In this document: piece by piece, positions 1 to 1,512 of the stretch
Layout: every line of letters begins with the position of its first letter
How positions within the stretch are numbered: position 1 is the first letter of the stretch
Assembly: GCA_000004985.1 (NCBI GenBank)
Contig: GG739399.1
DNA length: 1,512 bases
Reading direction: 5' to 3' (one strand)
Source of the DNA: Naegleria gruberi
Lineage: Eukaryota
Notes under the pieces: model-generated
Database searches by the model: none
Seen by the model: only the letters and a program-made list of their open reading frames with translations
Told to the model about the DNA's origin: nothing
Made by a program: the position numbers and the translations under genes

Positions 1-104
1 ATTATTCAATATAGAACACATCTAGATAGTTTCCACATCATAAAAGTCAAGCTACTATATATGGTCTTTGATTAAATTTAAAAATAGACTGCCGTTAATT
101 ACTG

Positions 105-118
105 GAATATTAATATTC
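105..118. repeat. Perfect 14-bp palindrome GAATATTAATATTC.
   Basis: The reverse complement equals itself. Flanking bases (g104/a119) do not extend it. Confidence 0.85.
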
Positions 119-120
119 AA

Positions 121-137
121 AGCTTGTTGATCAAGCT
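121..137. repeat. Hairpin / inverted repeat AGCTTG-ttgat-CAAGCT (6-bp arms, 5-nt loop). Contains a HindIII-type AAGCTT and the palindromic TTGATCAA core.
   Basis: Arms are exact reverse complements. The structure lies immediately 3' of the 14-bp palindrome. Confidence 0.75.
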
Positions 138-155
138 ATTGATTGAAATCAAACC

Positions 156-192
156 GATTATTGAATATTGATCATTGAATTGGTGAATAATC
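156..192. repeat. Inverted repeat GATTATT ... AATAATC (7-bp arms, 23-nt spacer). The spacer is rich in ATTGAAT / TTGATCA motifs (ATTGAAT at 160-166 and 173-179).
   Basis: Arms are exact reverse complements. The spacer holds two direct copies of ATTGAAT and a central TGATCA. Confidence 0.65.
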
Positions 193-254
193 ACTCTTGA
201 TAATGTTACTTATTCATATTGCATGCAAATCAACCTGATTCAATCTTCAAAGGT

Positions 255-287
255 TGGTAGTTGCACCACTTCGTGGCGAAACTACCC
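255..287. repeat. GC-rich nested hairpin in AT-rich surroundings. Outer arms GGTAGTT (256-262) / AACTACC (280-286). Inner stem-loop CCAC-ttc-GTGG (266-276).
   Basis: Complementarity seen directly. Local GC content is clearly higher than the surrounding sequence. Confidence 0.65.
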
Positions 288-342
288 ATCCACGATCAAT
301 CAACATGTGATTCACTTACATTCAACTCAATTTGACCGTTAT

Positions 343-358
343 AATCAATAAATCAATG
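343..358 (+). repeat. Tandem duplication AATCAATA AATCAATG (2 x 8 nt). The related 10-mer AATAAATCAA recurs at 579-588.
   Basis: Direct reading. Could be chance in AT-rich DNA. Confidence 0.5.
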
Positions 359-454
359 AAATGTTCCTTTATTAGCAATACCTATTCAACCCAATGAGTA
401 GATTCACGTCCCAAACATTTGACTTCTCAAAGTCCATAATTCAAAAGTTAGTTC

Positions 455-465
455 TGACCTGACCT
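455..465. repeat. Overlapping direct repeat TGACCTGACCT (= AGGTCAGGTCA on the minus strand).
   Basis: Direct reading. Resembles two overlapping AGGTCA-type half-sites. No other support. Confidence 0.5.
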
Positions 466-764
466 TTAAATATCTATCAATATAAGAAATGAAAACATCA
501 AATTTACATCATTAATAGATGATAAGAATTATAATTAATGATATGAATCTTCACTAAGTAATCTCTTAAATAACCCAAATAAATCAACTCTGAATCCTAA
601 CCAAACCCATTCCGATATGCTTAATAAGCGACCTCAATTCCGAGTTGTTGAAAATTTTCCATGCTCAAAAAATTATTCGAAATGTCTGGTAATAACAAGA
701 AAGGAACTCCACAAAGGAAACAACACGCTGTATCATCTCCATCTCATCCTAAACAAAGAGTGGA

Positions 765-780
765 CCCACCACTCCCTCCC
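765..780 (-). repeat. C-rich tract CCCACCACTCCCTCCC (GGGAGGGAGTGGTGGG on the minus strand), an imperfect G-quadruplex-like motif inside a CA/CT-rich low-complexity stretch (720-790).
   Basis: On the minus strand the G-tracts are GGG, GGG, GG and GGG with short loops. Only three full G3 runs, so a canonical G4 is not guaranteed. Confidence 0.4.
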
Positions 781-1098
781 AAAAACCGTTGCGCTCATTA
801 ATCTTTGGTAAGGGATTAATTTCTGAGTGAGGTTTTCATCAATGTTTCGGAAACATTGTAAAATTTTCTTTATTTCACTAACACTTCTTTCTCATATTCA
901 CATTTATCGCTGGTCTTACGTTTTTTTCTTATCCTTAGGTCAACTATTGATAAGTTTTTTTTTACAGACAAATTTTAATTATCTCGGGACCTGCTCAATA
1001 AAGATTTTCATCCTTCAAAGCAGGTTCCAGGCTGTTTCACCATTAAGGTGGTTCAGCCCCTGAGCTTTAATACCCAATTGTCTAAATATTATTTGAAC

Positions 1099-1104
1099 TT
1101 TATT
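1099..1104 (-). promoter_or_regulatory. Putative polyadenylation signal AATAAA on the minus strand (TTTATT on +), 15 nt downstream of the TGA stop.
   Basis: Hexamer seen directly. Its position relative to the stop is consistent with a very short 3' UTR. Further minus-strand AATAAA copies lie downstream (plus-strand TTTATT at 869-874 and 368-373), so the real cleavage site is uncertain. Confidence 0.3.
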
Positions 1105-1118
1105 TTGTGTGTTTACTA

Positions 1119-1291
1119 TCAAAACACAACACTTACAATATACAATGTCCCATTACATTTCACATTTTGAACTTTTCCAAATTTAGCCTCACTAAGTGAG
1201 ACATTAGATGCAAAACCAAAAACACCACAAGTACCTGCATAAATACTTGCCAAGCCAGTAGTACCATCTAATTTTCTAACGCAATAATTGT
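1119..1291 (-). CDS. Terminal coding exon of the same gene: (D)NYCVRKLDGTTGLASIYAGTCGVFGFASNVSLSEAKFGKVQNVKCNGTLYIVSVVF, ending at the TGA at 1121-1119.
   Basis: The ORF-track entry 1119..1301 (-) corresponds to this exon, with the true 5' boundary at 1291 after the intron. The pattern 'G.iYfgD..N..vRKlDgtTG..s..AGt.G..G......L.eA.F......V..d.nG.LYI' resembles NHL / six-bladed beta-propeller blades. This is a family-level resemblance judged by eye. No search was run. Confidence 0.55.
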
Positions 1292-1340
1292 CTGTCATCA
1301 TTTTGTGTTAATTGAAAGAAATTGTCATCACTCAACATAC
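1292..1340 (-). other. Spliceosomal intron, 49 nt, minus strand: GTATGTTGAGTGATGACAATTTCTTTCAATTAACACAAAATGATGACAG.
   Basis: GTATGT 5' splice site. There is a TTAAC branch-point-like motif 16 nt upstream of the 3' AG. Without splicing, the upstream frame hits TAG at 1278-1276 after 'GDFGMLSDDNFFQLTQNDDRQLLR'. With splicing, the frame joins the long downstream ORF exactly (…GDIYFGDF-D-NYCVRKLDG…). The ORF-track Met at 1301 lies inside this intron, so it is probably not the true start. Confidence 0.5.
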
Positions 1341-1512
1341 CAAAATCTCCAAAGTAAATATCCCCAGTTAACGAATCTACTGTCATGGAATAAATGAACC
1401 TGATACAACATTTAAAGGGTCTGTTACTGCATTATTTGTGTTGCCATTGATTCCTTTTCCAAATAGTCTTGAAATGGTATTTGATTTAAAATCTAATTGC
1501 ACAACTCTGACA
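1341..1512 (-). CDS. Penultimate exon (partial, continues past the window edge) of an NHL-like beta-propeller repeat protein gene. It is read in two frames: coords 1511..1386 give VRVVQLDFKSNTISRLFGKGINGNTNNAVTDPLNVVSGSFIP, then an in-frame TGA at 1385-1383. The -1 neighbouring frame continues from ATG 1386-1384 with MTVDSLTGDIYFGDF up to the GTATGT donor at 1340.
   Basis: Manual translation of the reverse complement. There are 42 stop-free codons running in from the window edge despite the AT-rich context. The peptide carries repeat motifs (VRVVQLD ~ CVRKLD; SFIP-MTVDSLTGDIYFGD ~ AKFGKVQNVKCNGTLYIVS) matching the downstream exon. A canonical donor GTATGT at 1340-1335 joins in phase (g|ac -> Asp) to the ORF-track reading frame of 1119..1301. 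This exon is not in the supplied ORF track because it lacks an ATG. Confidence 0.5.

Noticed and set aside
251-290. Possible tRNA or tRNA-like gene, because of the GGTTGGTAG D-arm-like string.
   Set aside because: No 7-bp acceptor stem, anticodon arm or T-psi-C arm (GTTCRANYC) can be built. The loops are the wrong size. Only a simple nested hairpin is supportable.
617-811. Plus-strand ORF, 64 aa (MLNKRPQFRVVENFPCSKNYSKCLVITRKELHKGNNTLYHLHLILNKEWTHHSLPKTVALINLW).
   Set aside because: The ORF is short and has odd composition with no recognisable motif. Its stop coincides with a GTAAGG string, but splicing to downstream acceptors gives no extension. It is most likely a chance ORF in a non-coding flank.
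827-1063. Plus-strand ORF, 78 aa (MRFSSMFRKHCKIFFISLTLLSHIHIYRW…).
   Set aside because: A T-rich frame translates to a Phe/Leu/Ile/Ser-rich pseudo-peptide, typical of chance ORFs in AT-rich DNA. It spans poly-T tracts and has no domain-like features.
1-1118. Prokaryotic-style gene, operon or defence-system content (CRISPR, toxin-antitoxin, etc.).
   Set aside because: Both strands lack any ORF longer than 78 aa. No direct-repeat/spacer periodicity, Shine-Dalgarno-led ORFs or rho-independent terminators were seen. The architecture is that of a eukaryotic intergenic or 3'-flank region.
1131-1136. GTAAGT (minus strand) inside the terminal exon (…TLYI|GTAAGT), which could be an alternative donor leading to a further 3' exon.
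   Set aside because: Every downstream acceptor tried gives only 4-15 extra codons before a stop and nothing propeller-like. The candidates were CTCAG at 1062-1061 -> GLNHLNGETAWNLL*, TTTAG at 1085-1081 -> TIGY*, and others. Reading through gives …LYIVSVVF*, a plausible C-terminus. The string is probably coincidental.
1299-1301. ATG used as the start in the ORF-track entry 1119..1301 (-), together with the adjacent second ATG.
   Set aside because: Both ATGs lie inside the inferred GTATGT…AG intron (1292-1340), and a TAA lies in frame 6 nt upstream. The gene clearly continues upstream via splicing, so this is not the real initiation codon.
1394-1399. Alternative weak donor GTTCAT (minus strand). 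It would splice …NVVS directly to the exon at 1291 in phase and bypass the frameshift.
   Set aside because: The site matches the donor consensus poorly. Using it would delete the well-formed blade segment MTVDSLTGDIYFGDF that precedes a perfect GTATGT donor. I kept it only as a fallback hypothesis.

Overview
AT-rich (about one-third GC) window that looks like a eukaryotic nuclear locus. Positions 1-1118 have no convincing protein-coding potential on either strand: stop codons occur in every frame, and the two small + ORFs (617-811, 827-1063) have junk-like composition. The only supportable gene is on the minus strand at the right edge (1119-1512). It is the 3' end of a gene whose product reads as tandem ~55-residue repeats with the 'AG.G..G....A.f..v..d.nG.lYi.D..N..vRkld' pattern of NHL-type six-bladed beta-propeller proteins. 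The gene enters the window at 1512. It contains one short canonical intron (coords 1340..1292 on the minus strand, GTATGT...TTAAC...AG, 49 nt). It ends at a TGA at 1121-1119, followed 15 nt later by a minus-strand AATAAA. The upstream exon shows an apparent 1-nt frameshift (coords ~1383-1388) that breaks an otherwise continuous repeat. This could be a pseudogene lesion, an assembly error, or an unrecognised splice. The left ~1.1 kb is non-coding flank with several local structures: a perfect 14-bp palindrome, short hairpins/inverted repeats rich in TTGA(A/T) and AATATT motifs at 100-195, an isolated GC-rich nested hairpin at 255-287, a TGACCTGACCT direct repeat, and a C-rich (minus-strand G-rich) tract at 765-780. 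I see no prokaryotic operon structure, RNA gene, CRISPR array or recognisable mobile element. I do not see a clearly novel system here. The frameshifted beta-propeller gene is the item most worth follow-up.
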